From an uncultured Pseudomonadota bacterium (lineage in GTDB: Bacteria; Pseudomonadota; Gammaproteobacteria; Natronospirales; REEB76): a stretch of 64,000 bases of DNA. Made by a program: the position numbers and the translations under genes. The stretch is from the NCBI GenBank assembly GCA_963774895.1, contig CAVZGN010000001.1, forward strand, positions 450,419 to 514,418, given 5' to 3'. The notes below the pieces were generated by a model. It saw only the letters and a list, made by a program, of their open reading frames with translations, was not told where the DNA came from and ran no database searches. This document shows, piece by piece, positions 19,707 through 28,149 of this stretch (positions within the stretch are counted from its first letter, which is position 1; each line of letters starts with the position of its first letter).

Positions 19707-22187
19707 ATGGTTGCGCCCAATATAATGTTAATCAAAGCCAGATTAACCTTCGATCGCATCCGCGACACTTGGATAAAATTTCCAGGGCATCTCCTGACCC
19801 TCGTCGCGATCTTCATTCTTGTGTTCCTCACAGTCCTCGTCATCTGTTATGCCGCGATCACCGTGCAGTCCGGCGTACGCGCATATGTAGCTGGCGAGGG
19901 ACAGTGGTCGAAATCGGAGAAGGATGCCTATATATATCTGTCGCGTTACGTCGACACCGGCGATGAGCGGTACTTTCGCCTCTTCCGTGAGCAGATGGCG
20001 GTACCAATAGGCGATCACGACGCCCGTCTTGCCATGCTCGTTCAAAATTTGGACTGGAAGGCGGCTACCGATGGTTTAATTCGTGGGCGTAATAGCCCGG
20101 CGGATATCCCAGTGATGATTCGCATGTTCCGCTACGCAGGTCGCATGCCATACATGGCGGACGCGATCGCTATCTGGACCAAAGCGGATCCCATTATGCT
20201 GCAATTGGCGGCCTTAGGGGAGCAAATACATGTGCTGCGCGCCAGCCAGCCCCGCAATCTGGGCCAGTTGCGCCAGCTGCGTCTGCGGGCATTCGCAATC
20301 AATTCCGAGTTGCGGCCAATGGAAGACGATTTCTCCGCCTCTCTTGCGTTAGGCGCTCAATTTATCAACAAGCTGCTGCTCGCTGTGGTCGCCTTAGGTG
20401 CTTTACTAGCCATGTTACTGGAGTTCTTGCTGGTGCGGCGTATCGTTCTCACGCTGCATGATTCGGAAACGAGATTCCGTGGGATGTTCGAGCAAGCAGC
20501 CGTCGGGCTGGCTCATATCTCGTTGGACGGCGTCATACTGCGTGTCAATGACAAGTATTGTGCGATCACAGGTCATAAGTACGATAACCTGATTGACCAT
20601 AGTTTTCTGCCCGTACTCAGTTCGAAAGATGCAGGCGACACTTGGCTGCATTGTGGCCGTCTGCTGCGCGTTGAAGAGCAGGAATACACCACCAGACTGC
20701 AGTTGGAGAAATCGGACCAGACGCGCTGGGCACGCATAACGCTGACCCTGGTGAAGAACACGAAAGGCGAACCCCTGTATTTCTTGAACGTGCTGGAAGA
20801 CATATCCAGGGAGCGGCGCCTCGGCGAACAACTGTCCTATCTGGCAACCCACGACGCACTTACGCAATTGGTGAACAGAGTCGAATATGAAAAACGCGTC
20901 AGCGTTGCTCTCGGCAAGGTAGCAAGCGGCGGAGACGCGGGGGCAGTGTTTTACCTGGATCTTGATCAATTTAAGGTGATCAACGACACCCTTGGACACA
21001 TGGCGGGTGATGAGCTGCTGCGACAGTTGGGCATGGAACTTAAGAACCGATTGCGGGCCGGCGATACACTGGCAAGGCTTGGGGGCGATGAATTCGGAGT
21101 ACTGCTGGAGGGCTGCCCGATCAGCGCGGCCAGCAACATCGCGGAAGGTATGCGCCGCACCGTGGACGAGATGGGTTTCGTTTGGAAAGGACGTGAATAT
21201 CGGGTCGGAGTCAGCATCGGCGTGGTTCCCGTGAAACCGGACACTGAGTCGGTACAGCAACTCCTGAGCGATGCGGACGAAGCCTGTTACATTGCCAAGG
21301 ATAAAGGCCGTAATTTGGTCTATATGCACGAGCCGAGCAGCGCACGTTCTATGCAACGGCAGCATGAGGTGCAGTCGGTGAACCGGTTACGTGAAGCGCT
21401 CGATGGTGAAGGATTGTTCCTCATGTTCCAAAGTATCCAACCGCTGCTTCTCACGCACACTACTGGCCTTCATTTCGAGATGCTGCTGCGCATGCGGCAA
21501 CCCTCGGGTGAGATCGTGACACCGGCATCCTTCTTGCCAGTGGCTGAAAGATACAACTTGGCTTACCGTGTGGATGAATGGGTGGTACGCAAAACTCTCG
21601 GCTGGCTATCCGATCACCTCAACGAAATTCACAAAATCATGCTTTGCAGCATAAACCTCTCTGCGCAGTCCCTAAATAACAGCCGCTTCCTGGAGTTCCT
21701 CGAATCAGAAATTTATCGCAGTGGTGTTCCGACTAACAAATTGTGCTTTGAACTTACGGAGATGAGCGCTGTGGCAGACATCGCCGTTGCCACCAAATTT
21801 ATCAACAGGATTCGTGACAAAGGCTGCCGCTTCGCGCTGGATGACTTTGGCGGTGGCATGTCCTCGTTCGCCCACCTGCATGCTCTGCCGGTGGATATAA
21901 TCAAGATCGATGGCTCGTTCATTCGGGACATGGACCGAGATTCCGTCAATCGTGCGTTGGTGTCGTCCATTAACGACATCAGCCACATACCAGGCAAGCT
22001 CACGATTGGTGAATTTGTGGAGACCGACTCCATCCTTGAAGCTGCGCGCGAGCTCCAGCTGGACTATGCCCAAGGCTATGCCGTAGCCAAGCCCAGCGAC
22101 CTCTCGGATCTCTTCAATCGAGTCGCGAAAGAGAGCCTCACACTTGAAGGCCCACTGTCAGCGCCAGGAAAGAATCCGGCGACCTAA
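19707..22187 (+). CDS. membrane-anchored PAS-GGDEF-EAL c-di-GMP signalling protein
   Basis: 826 aa. GGDEFGVLL marks the GGDEF domain. The EAL domain shows CFELTEMSAV, DDFGGGMSS and KIDGSFIRD. A PAS-like segment lies after the TM region. Confidence 0.9.
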   Translation: MVAPNIMLIKARLTFDRIRDTWIKFPGHLLTLVAIFILVFLTVLVICYAAITVQSGVRAYVAGEGQWSKSEKDAYIYLSRYVDTGDERYFRLFREQMAVPIGDHDARLAMLVQNLDWKAATDGLIRGRNSPADIPVMIRMFRYAGRMPYMADAIAIWTKADPIMLQLAALGEQIHVLRASQPRNLGQLRQLRLRAFAINSELRPMEDDFSASLALGAQFINKLLLAVVALGALLAMLLEFLLVRRIVLTLHDSETRFRGMFEQAAVGLAHISLDGVILRVNDKYCAITGHKYDNLIDHSFLPVLSSKDAGDTWLHCGRLLRVEEQEYTTRLQLEKSDQTRWARITLTLVKNTKGEPLYFLNVLEDISRERRLGEQLSYLATHDALTQLVNRVEYEKRVSVALGKVASGGDAGAVFYLDLDQFKVINDTLGHMAGDELLRQLGMELKNRLRAGDTLARLGGDEFGVLLEGCPISAASNIAEGMRRTVDEMGFVWKGREYRVGVSIGVVPVKPDTESVQQLLSDADEACYIAKDKGRNLVYMHEPSSARSMQRQHEVQSVNRLREALDGEGLFLMFQSIQPLLLTHTTGLHFEMLLRMRQPSGEIVTPASFLPVAERYNLAYRVDEWVVRKTLGWLSDHLNEIHKIMLCSINLSAQSLNNSRFLEFLESEIYRSGVPTNKLCFELTEMSAVADIAVATKFINRIRDKGCRFALDDFGGGMSSFAHLHALPVDIIKIDGSFIRDMDRDSVNRALVSSINDISHIPGKLTIGEFVETDSILEAARELQLDYAQGYAVAKPSDLSDLFNRVAKESLTLEGPLSAPGKNPAT

Positions 22188-22504
22188 TCAAACTGCCCGT
22201 TCACGCGTCATGCATGGAGAACTCGTGCTGACACGCTCAGTTCACCCAGGGCTTCCAGCACTAGCTGTGTGTCGGGGCTTCAGCGGTTTGGGTGTTTAGG
22301 GATCGCCCGCGCGGTGCCCAGGTGGGACATGCGGATACGTAAAATACGCAAGTAGATAAAGCTACCACTTAAATTAGCATAGACCCATGTTATCTGCTCA
22401 TTTACATAAACGACCGCAATGGGTCGGGAGCAGAAGTGGAGGGAGTAGAATCTCATGGATGCTGGAAGTACTACTGGAATATTACCTACAAAGGAGACCA
22501 AATT

Positions 22505-22978
22505 ATGCGCCGTCATATCATATTCAATTCAATCTTGCTTAGCCTGACGATCCTGCTGACTGTTGCTGCCCCATCTTCCGCGCTGGCAAAGAAAAGCGCC
22601 GATACGAAACAACCTTTTCAGACACAGATGAGCCTAAACTTGGCAGACGGTATCAGCGGAGCTAACGCTGCCGTTACTATTCCATCTGGCAAGCGGCTAG
22701 TAATCCAATATGCCTCTGCATGGGCTCAGACACCGAGTGGACAGACAGTGACGTTCACGATCCAGACGATGCTCAATGATGCCACGAAATTCACACCACA
22801 TTACCTGCCCGCTGTCCAACAAAATTCAGATGCCATCAATGAGATTTTCATTGCTGGCACGGCTGTCCACCTTTACGCTGATGCACCCCAGGTGATGCTG
22901 CGAGTCGATCGTGGTTCGGTTATCACCGGTGCAGTGATAGCGTACATTTCTATATCCGGATACCTCATAGACCAATAA
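22505..22978 (+). CDS. secreted hypothetical protein (157 aa)
   Basis: An aaaggaga SD precedes ATG 22505, and the signal peptide is ...APSSALA. I recognise no family. Confidence 0.5.
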   Translation: MRRHIIFNSILLSLTILLTVAAPSSALAKKSADTKQPFQTQMSLNLADGISGANAAVTIPSGKRLVIQYASAWAQTPSGQTVTFTIQTMLNDATKFTPHYLPAVQQNSDAINEIFIAGTAVHLYADAPQVMLRVDRGSVITGAVIAYISISGYLIDQ

Positions 22979-23128
22979 ATATTTATAGACGATGAGTGTT
23001 GTTTTTAGGTGCATCCAAGGACGCAGGGGGTCACGAAGTGGCGCTGAATTTTCATAATGATTGTATTTGAGGCGAGTTTGTTGGTGGTGCAGAAATAATT
23101 ATTACTGGGTCAAAATCGGTTAATGGCT

Positions 23129-24376
23129 GCTTTGGGTTGCGATTTCAACTGATCGACGCAACACGCTAGATTCTGCGCGAGCAGAAGGAGGTGTTGCAAG
23201 TGACATACAGAACTCGGATTTATTACACCGAACGCCAGAAGGCCCTGATGTGGGAGCGCTGGCAGAAAGGGGAATCTCTCCAACAGATCGCCCAGCTGTT
23301 TGACCGGTCGCACGGATCGGTCCACGGCATACTGGTTAAGACCGGCGGCATTCGCCCGAGGCCGCGCCGGCGTTCGCGTTTAGCGCTAAGCTTGGCGGAG
23401 CGTGAAGAGCTATCGCGCGCCGTAGCACAGGGCTTCTCATGTCGCTCGATCGCGCGCTCCCTGGGACGCGCACCCTCGAGTGTCAGCCGTGAGCTTAAAC
23501 GCAATGGCGGCCCGGGGTGCTACCGGGCGAGCCAGGCCGACCAGAGTGCTTGGGACCGGGGCCGCCGCCCCAAGGTCTGCAAGCTGGTCGAGCATCGAGC
23601 CTTGGCGCGCCTGGTGACCGACAAGCTGCAGTCATCCTGGTCGCCGGAGCAGATCGCCGGATGGCTGAAGCGGCGCTTTCCCGATGATGAGGGTCTGCAG
23701 GTGTCACACGAGACGATCTATAAGACTCTGTTCATCCAGGCGCGCGGGGCCTTGAAAAAAGAGCTGTTAGAGCACTTGCGGCGTAGCCGTGCCATGCGCC
23801 GTTCACGCCATCACACCCAGAAGACCGATGACCATGGCCGGATCCTGAACGCCGTGTCGATCCGCGAGCGTCCGGCCACCGTCGAAGACCGTGCGGTGCC
23901 GGGCCACTGGGAAGGCGACTTGCTGTTCGGCAACCAGCGCAGCCAGATTGCCACCCTGGTCGAACGGCATACCCGCTATGTCATGCTGGTGAAAGTCGCG
24001 AGCAAAGATACCGAGACCGTCATCAGCGCATTGATCAAACATGCCCATAAGCTGCCGCAGGAGCTCTATAAATCCTTGACCTGGGATCGCGGCAAAGAGA
24101 TGGCCGACCACCAACGCTTCACCCTGGCGACGGATGTCAAAGTCTACTTCTGTGATCCGCAAAATCCCTGGCAACGTGGCAGTAACGAGAATACCAACGG
24201 GCTACTGAGGCAGTACTTTCCTAAGGGCACCGATCTGTCGGTGTACTCGCAGGCTAAACTCAACGCAGTCGCCAGGCAGTTAAATGAGCGGCCGAGGAAG
24301 ACGCTGAACTATGAAACGCCGGCTGAACGCTTTGGCCAATGTGTTGCGTCGATCAGTTGAAACCGCAGTCGGAAGC
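23129..24376 (+). mobile_element. IS30-family insertion sequence, copy B (identical to copy A)
   Basis: See copy A. The flanks diverge immediately outside 23129 and 24376. Confidence 0.9.
23200..24360 (+). CDS. IS30-family DDE transposase
   Basis: The translation is identical to that of 13496..14656. Confidence 0.9.
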   Translation: MTYRTRIYYTERQKALMWERWQKGESLQQIAQLFDRSHGSVHGILVKTGGIRPRPRRRSRLALSLAEREELSRAVAQGFSCRSIARSLGRAPSSVSRELKRNGGPGCYRASQADQSAWDRGRRPKVCKLVEHRALARLVTDKLQSSWSPEQIAGWLKRRFPDDEGLQVSHETIYKTLFIQARGALKKELLEHLRRSRAMRRSRHHTQKTDDHGRILNAVSIRERPATVEDRAVPGHWEGDLLFGNQRSQIATLVERHTRYVMLVKVASKDTETVISALIKHAHKLPQELYKSLTWDRGKEMADHQRFTLATDVKVYFCDPQNPWQRGSNENTNGLLRQYFPKGTDLSVYSQAKLNAVARQLNERPRKTLNYETPAERFGQCVASIS

Positions 24377-24406
24377 AGTCCTTCGTATTTAAGGCAAAAC
24401 ACACAT

Positions 24407-24431
24407 AAAAGCCGGTCATTGACCGGTTTTT
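24407..24431. terminator. bidirectional hairpin terminator
   Basis: aaaagccggtc-att-gaccggttttt, downstream of the minus-strand DUF2059 gene. Confidence 0.5.
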
Positions 24432-24453
24432 ATATTGGCATGAACCGTCGGGC

Positions 24454-24987
24454 TTAATGCGGAGGCGCACCCGCAGAATCATCGAGCTTGATGCCTTCCT
24501 GCTGGAAGCGCGCGCGGATGCGTTTCACCAGTTCCGGTGCCAACACGTCTTTACCCCACTGCTCGCCATCCTGCATGCTGGCTTGGGCGATCGCGGGGTT
24601 GTTCTGGATGATCTTCTGACCGAGCGGCGTCTTGTAGAAGGCGATCATTTGGCGCACGTCGGCGTCGGTGTAGTACTTGGCATAGATCGGCACAAGCATC
24701 TCCACCAGCTGCTTGTTGATGGCCGGATCCGCCAGCATGTTGCTGGTCTCTTCCTTGATGATGGTGAAGGCCTTGGGCGTGATGTCGGGATGGGAGGCCT
24801 GCAGGTTGTTGATGATCTGCTGAGCGATGGCATCACCGAACAGCTGTCCCATATGTGTGCCGCCGGTCATGTCGATGAGCTGCAGGATGTCTGTGCGCAG
24901 GGGTGCGGGTATCTTGTCGGTTTCGGCGGCGAAAGCGGATGCCGGCAGCGTGAATAGAAGTGTGAAAAGCAGAATCCCTGATTTCAT
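24454..24987 (-). CDS. periplasmic DUF2059-like protein
   Basis: The internal Met gives the signal peptide MKSGILLFTLLFTLPASAFA. The C-terminal YAKYYTDADVRQMIAFYKTPLGQKII pattern is typical of DUF2059 from memory. Confidence 0.65.
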   Translation of the reverse strand: MKSGILLFTLLFTLPASAFAAETDKIPAPLRTDILQLIDMTGGTHMGQLFGDAIAQQIINNLQASHPDITPKAFTIIKEETSNMLADPAINKQLVEMLVPIYAKYYTDADVRQMIAFYKTPLGQKIIQNNPAIAQASMQDGEQWGKDVLAPELVKRIRARFQQEGIKLDDSAGAPPH

Positions 24988-25064
24988 GGTCGTACCCGCC
25001 GGACTATTAAATAGGTATGGGAGCATACGAATCAACTATGGCACGTTGAACCACAGTCGGCAAT

Positions 25065-25091
25065 AAAAAAGCCGGCACTGGGGCCGGCTTT
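25065..25091 (-). terminator. rho-independent terminator of rpsT
   Basis: agccggc-actggg-gccggct, with a T-tract on the minus strand (a65-a70 on plus). Confidence 0.6.
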
Positions 25092-25116
25092 GGATATGGG
25101 ATAGGATACGCAGGTC

Positions 25117-25383
25117 TCAGGCTTTGAGCGCGCGGATGCGTTCGTTCAGGCGGCTCTTGTGGCGCGCGGCCTTGTTGTGATGAATCAGGCCCTTGTCGGC
25201 GATGCGGTCGATGACCGGCACGGCCTCCTTGTAGGCGGCTTCGGCCTCGGTTTTCTTGCCTTCGGCCGTGAGTTTCACCACTTTCTTGATGTAGCTGCGC
25301 ACCATGGAACGCAGGGCGGCGTTGTGCTCGCGATGCACCACCGACTGGCGGGCGCGCTTCTTGGATTGCTTGGTATTGGCCAA
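25117..25383 (-). CDS. rpsT: 30S ribosomal protein S20
   Basis: A TTG start gives (M)ANTKQSKKRARQSVVHREHNAALRS..., the canonical S20 sequence. The longer track ORF is an upstream extension. Confidence 0.9.
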   Translation of the reverse strand: MANTKQSKKRARQSVVHREHNAALRSMVRSYIKKVVKLTAEGKKTEAEAAYKEAVPVIDRIADKGLIHHNKAARHKSRLNERIRALKA

Positions 25384-25576
25384 GTTACAGACTCCTGAAA
25401 CTACTGGTTGGCCGCCCCGAAGGCGGCTGGAAAGGTTGCGTACTATACGGATTTGGGCCGGCCCGCGCAACGCGGTTGAAGGTTGAAGCACGCCTGCGCC
25501 GGTTTGCGTGGCAGCGACGGCGGAAGGCCGGTATCATGCAGGCCACAGAATAGTTTGGTTTTTGGGATCGCGTTCC

Positions 25577-27142
25577 ATGTCTCGCGCACTCTTCAAGGCC
25601 ACCTCCCTGGTGGGAGGTATGACCCTCATCTCGCGCATCCTGGGCTTCGCCCGGGACATGGTGCTGGCGCGCTATTTTGGCGCCGGTACCGTCATGGACG
25701 CATTCTTCGTGGCCTTCAAGATTCCCAACTTCATGCGTCGCACCTTCGGCGAGGGCGCCTTCTCGCTGGCTTTCGTGCCGGTGATCTCGGAATACAAGAC
25801 CACGCGCGAGCATCATGAAGTCCAGGAACTGGCGGACCAGGTAGCCGGCACTCTGGGTCTGGTGCTGGTCGGGATCACCGTTATCGGCGTGATTGCCGCA
25901 CCGGTGCTGGTGTGGATCTTCGCGCCCGGGTTCAGCGTCAACCAGAGCAAGTACGACCTGACGGTCGCCATGGTGCGGGTGACGTTTCCCTATCTGTTGT
26001 TCATCTCGCTGACGGCCTTCGCCGGCGGCATCCTCAACACCTATGGCAAATTCGGCGTGCCGGCCTTCACGCCGGTAATCCTTAATATAGTGATGATCGC
26101 CGCCGCCATCTGGCTGGCACCGCATATGGCCAACCCCGGCATGGCGCTGGCCTGGGGCGTGTTCATCGCCGGCGTGCTGCAACTGCTATTTCAGGTGCCG
26201 TACCTGTTCAGGCTCAAACTCATGCCGCGTCCGAAACTCTCGGAGGGCCACGAGGCGGTGAAGCGCATCATGAAACTCATGCTGCCGGCGCTGTTCGGTT
26301 CCTCGGTGTCGCAGATCAACATGGTGGTGGACACGGTGATCGCATCGTTCCTGGCCACTGGCAGCGTCAGCTGGTTGTACTATTCCGACCGCCTGATGGA
26401 ATTCCCGCTGGGGGTATTCTCCATCGCGCTGGGCACCGTGATCCTGCCGAACATGGCGCAGCACTTCGCGGCGAAATCTGACGCCGGGTTCTCGGCGACA
26501 CTGGACTGGGCGCTGCGGCTCACGGCGGTGGTGGTGGTGCCGGCGGCGGTCGGTCTGTTGTGCCTGTCCGGGCCAGTGCTGATCACGCTATTCCATTACG
26601 GCCAATTCAATACATTGGATGCGCGCATGGCTACCGTCAGCCTATCGGCATATGCCTTCGGCCTTTTGGGATTCACACTGGTGAAAGTCTTCGCACCTGG
26701 ATTCTATGCGCGCCAGGATACGCGCACCCCGGTCAAGATCGGCGTGATCTCGGTGGTCGCCAACATCGTGCTCAACATCATGATTACCATCCCCTGGGCC
26801 ATGAGCGGCGTCAGCGCGCCGCACGCAGGACTGGCGCTGTCCACATCACTGGCGGCGTTCATCAATGCCTGGCTGCTGTACCGCGGTCTGCGGCGTCTGG
26901 GCGTATATAGCCCGGCCCCGGGTTGGAAGCCTTTGGCATGGCGGGTGCTGATCGCCAACTTGGCGATGGGTGGGCTGTTGTGGCTGGGCAGCGGCAATCT
27001 GGATGTGTGGCTGGGCCGTAACGCCATGCACCGCGGACTGTGGCTGGCGTTCTGGATACTGGCAGCGATGGCAATGTATTTTCTGGTGCTGTTCCTCAGC
27101 GGTTTTCGCCTGCGGCATCTGCGGCGGGTGCCAGCCGCCTAG
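25577..27142 (+). CDS. murJ: lipid II flippase MurJ (MviN)
   Basis: ATG 25577 gives MSRALFKATSLVGGMTLISRILGFARD, the canonical MurJ N-terminus. The protein is polytopic. Confidence 0.9.
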   Translation: MSRALFKATSLVGGMTLISRILGFARDMVLARYFGAGTVMDAFFVAFKIPNFMRRTFGEGAFSLAFVPVISEYKTTREHHEVQELADQVAGTLGLVLVGITVIGVIAAPVLVWIFAPGFSVNQSKYDLTVAMVRVTFPYLLFISLTAFAGGILNTYGKFGVPAFTPVILNIVMIAAAIWLAPHMANPGMALAWGVFIAGVLQLLFQVPYLFRLKLMPRPKLSEGHEAVKRIMKLMLPALFGSSVSQINMVVDTVIASFLATGSVSWLYYSDRLMEFPLGVFSIALGTVILPNMAQHFAAKSDAGFSATLDWALRLTAVVVVPAAVGLLCLSGPVLITLFHYGQFNTLDARMATVSLSAYAFGLLGFTLVKVFAPGFYARQDTRTPVKIGVISVVANIVLNIMITIPWAMSGVSAPHAGLALSTSLAAFINAWLLYRGLRRLGVYSPAPGWKPLAWRVLIANLAMGGLLWLGSGNLDVWLGRNAMHRGLWLAFWILAAMAMYFLVLFLSGFRLRHLRRVPAA

Positions 27143-27180
27143 ATGGGCACATACCTTATATATAATCACGGGCACTGGTC

Positions 27181-28107
27181 ATGGAGCTGATCCGCGGTCT
27201 GGTCAATCTCAAGCCGCGACATCGCGGCTGCGTCGCCAGCATCGGCAATTACGACGGCGTGCATCTGGGCCACCAGCACGTACTGAAGCAATTAGTCGGC
27301 CATGCGCGTGAGCACGCGCTGCCGGCGACGGTGGTGGTGTTCGAGCCCACGCCACAGGAATATTTCGCCGCCGCCGCGCCGCCGGCGCGCCTCATGAGCT
27401 TTTGTGAGAAATGGCAGGCGCTGGCGCGACACGGCGTGGACCGGGTGGTGTGCCTGCGTTTCGATCGCCGGCTCGCCGAGACGCTGGCCGAGACGTTCAT
27501 CGAGCGCGTGCTGATCCACGGCTTGGGCGTGCGTCATCTGGTGGTGGGTGACGATTTCCGTTTTGGCCGCGACCGGGCCGGCGATTTCGCCATGCTTAAG
27601 ACGGCCGGTGAGGTCCATGGGTTCGAGGTGCAGGCGGCGCGCACACTGAGCGTGGCGGGAAAACGGGTGAGCAGCGGACGCATTCGCAGATACCTGGCTA
27701 CCGGCGATCTGGAATCCGCGGCCCGCATTCTGGGCGCGCCGTTTTCAGTCAGCGGACGGGTAGTCCACGGCGACCGGCTCGGGCATGCCCTGGGATACCC
27801 GACGGCGAATATCCCGCTGAAGCGGCGGGTCTCGCCGGTGCACGGCATCTTCGTGGCGGCAGTCCATGGCATCGGCGGCGCTTCACGCCAGGCAGCCGCC
27901 TATGTGGGCAACCGGCCGGCGGTCGGAGGCAGACACGAGATGCTGGAGGTTTTCGTGTTCGATTTCGACGGCGAACTGTACGGACAGCGCCTTAAAGTGC
28001 AATTGCTGCACCAGTTGCGCGCGGATGCCAGTTTCGCAAACATGGAAGCCCTCAAGACGCAGATGACGCGAGACATGGACGCGGCGCGCGCCTGGCTGCG
28101 ACACTAG
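27181..28107 (+). CDS. ribF: bifunctional riboflavin kinase / FAD synthetase
   Basis: 308 aa. IGNYDGVHLGHQ is the FAD synthetase motif, and the C-terminal riboflavin kinase pattern is PTANI...GIF.... Confidence 0.9.
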   Translation: MELIRGLVNLKPRHRGCVASIGNYDGVHLGHQHVLKQLVGHAREHALPATVVVFEPTPQEYFAAAAPPARLMSFCEKWQALARHGVDRVVCLRFDRRLAETLAETFIERVLIHGLGVRHLVVGDDFRFGRDRAGDFAMLKTAGEVHGFEVQAARTLSVAGKRVSSGRIRRYLATGDLESAARILGAPFSVSGRVVHGDRLGHALGYPTANIPLKRRVSPVHGIFVAAVHGIGGASRQAAAYVGNRPAVGGRHEMLEVFVFDFDGELYGQRLKVQLLHQLRADASFANMEALKTQMTRDMDAARAWLRH

Positions 28108-28149
28108 GGCATGAACTGGGGTGACGGGCATTATTTAAAAAACACAGGC

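Larger units (their letters stand above)
13425..24376. mobile_element. composite-transposon-like unit: two identical direct IS30-family copies bracketing 8.4 kb of cargo
   Basis: The IS copies at 13425-14672 and 23129-24376 lie in the same orientation. The cargo at 14673-23128 is AT-richer than the backbone. I could not identify flanking target duplications. Confidence 0.55.

Noticed and set aside
20415-21365. 316-aa minus-strand ORF.
   Set aside because: It is antisense to the PAS-GGDEF-EAL gene, whose motifs (GGDEF, EAL-domain signatures) fix the true frame.
13415-24390. Target-site duplications (2-3 bp) flanking each IS30 copy or the whole composite unit.
   Set aside because: The flanks are gacc|IS|ggtc and ggct|IS|agtc, which show no direct repeat under the boundaries I could define. 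I therefore did not claim proven composite transposition.
25385-26182. 265-aa minus-strand ORF spanning the rpsT-murJ intergenic region and the murJ 5' half.
   Set aside because: It is antisense to murJ and overlaps the rpsT start. Its His/Arg/Gly-rich translation has no family features.
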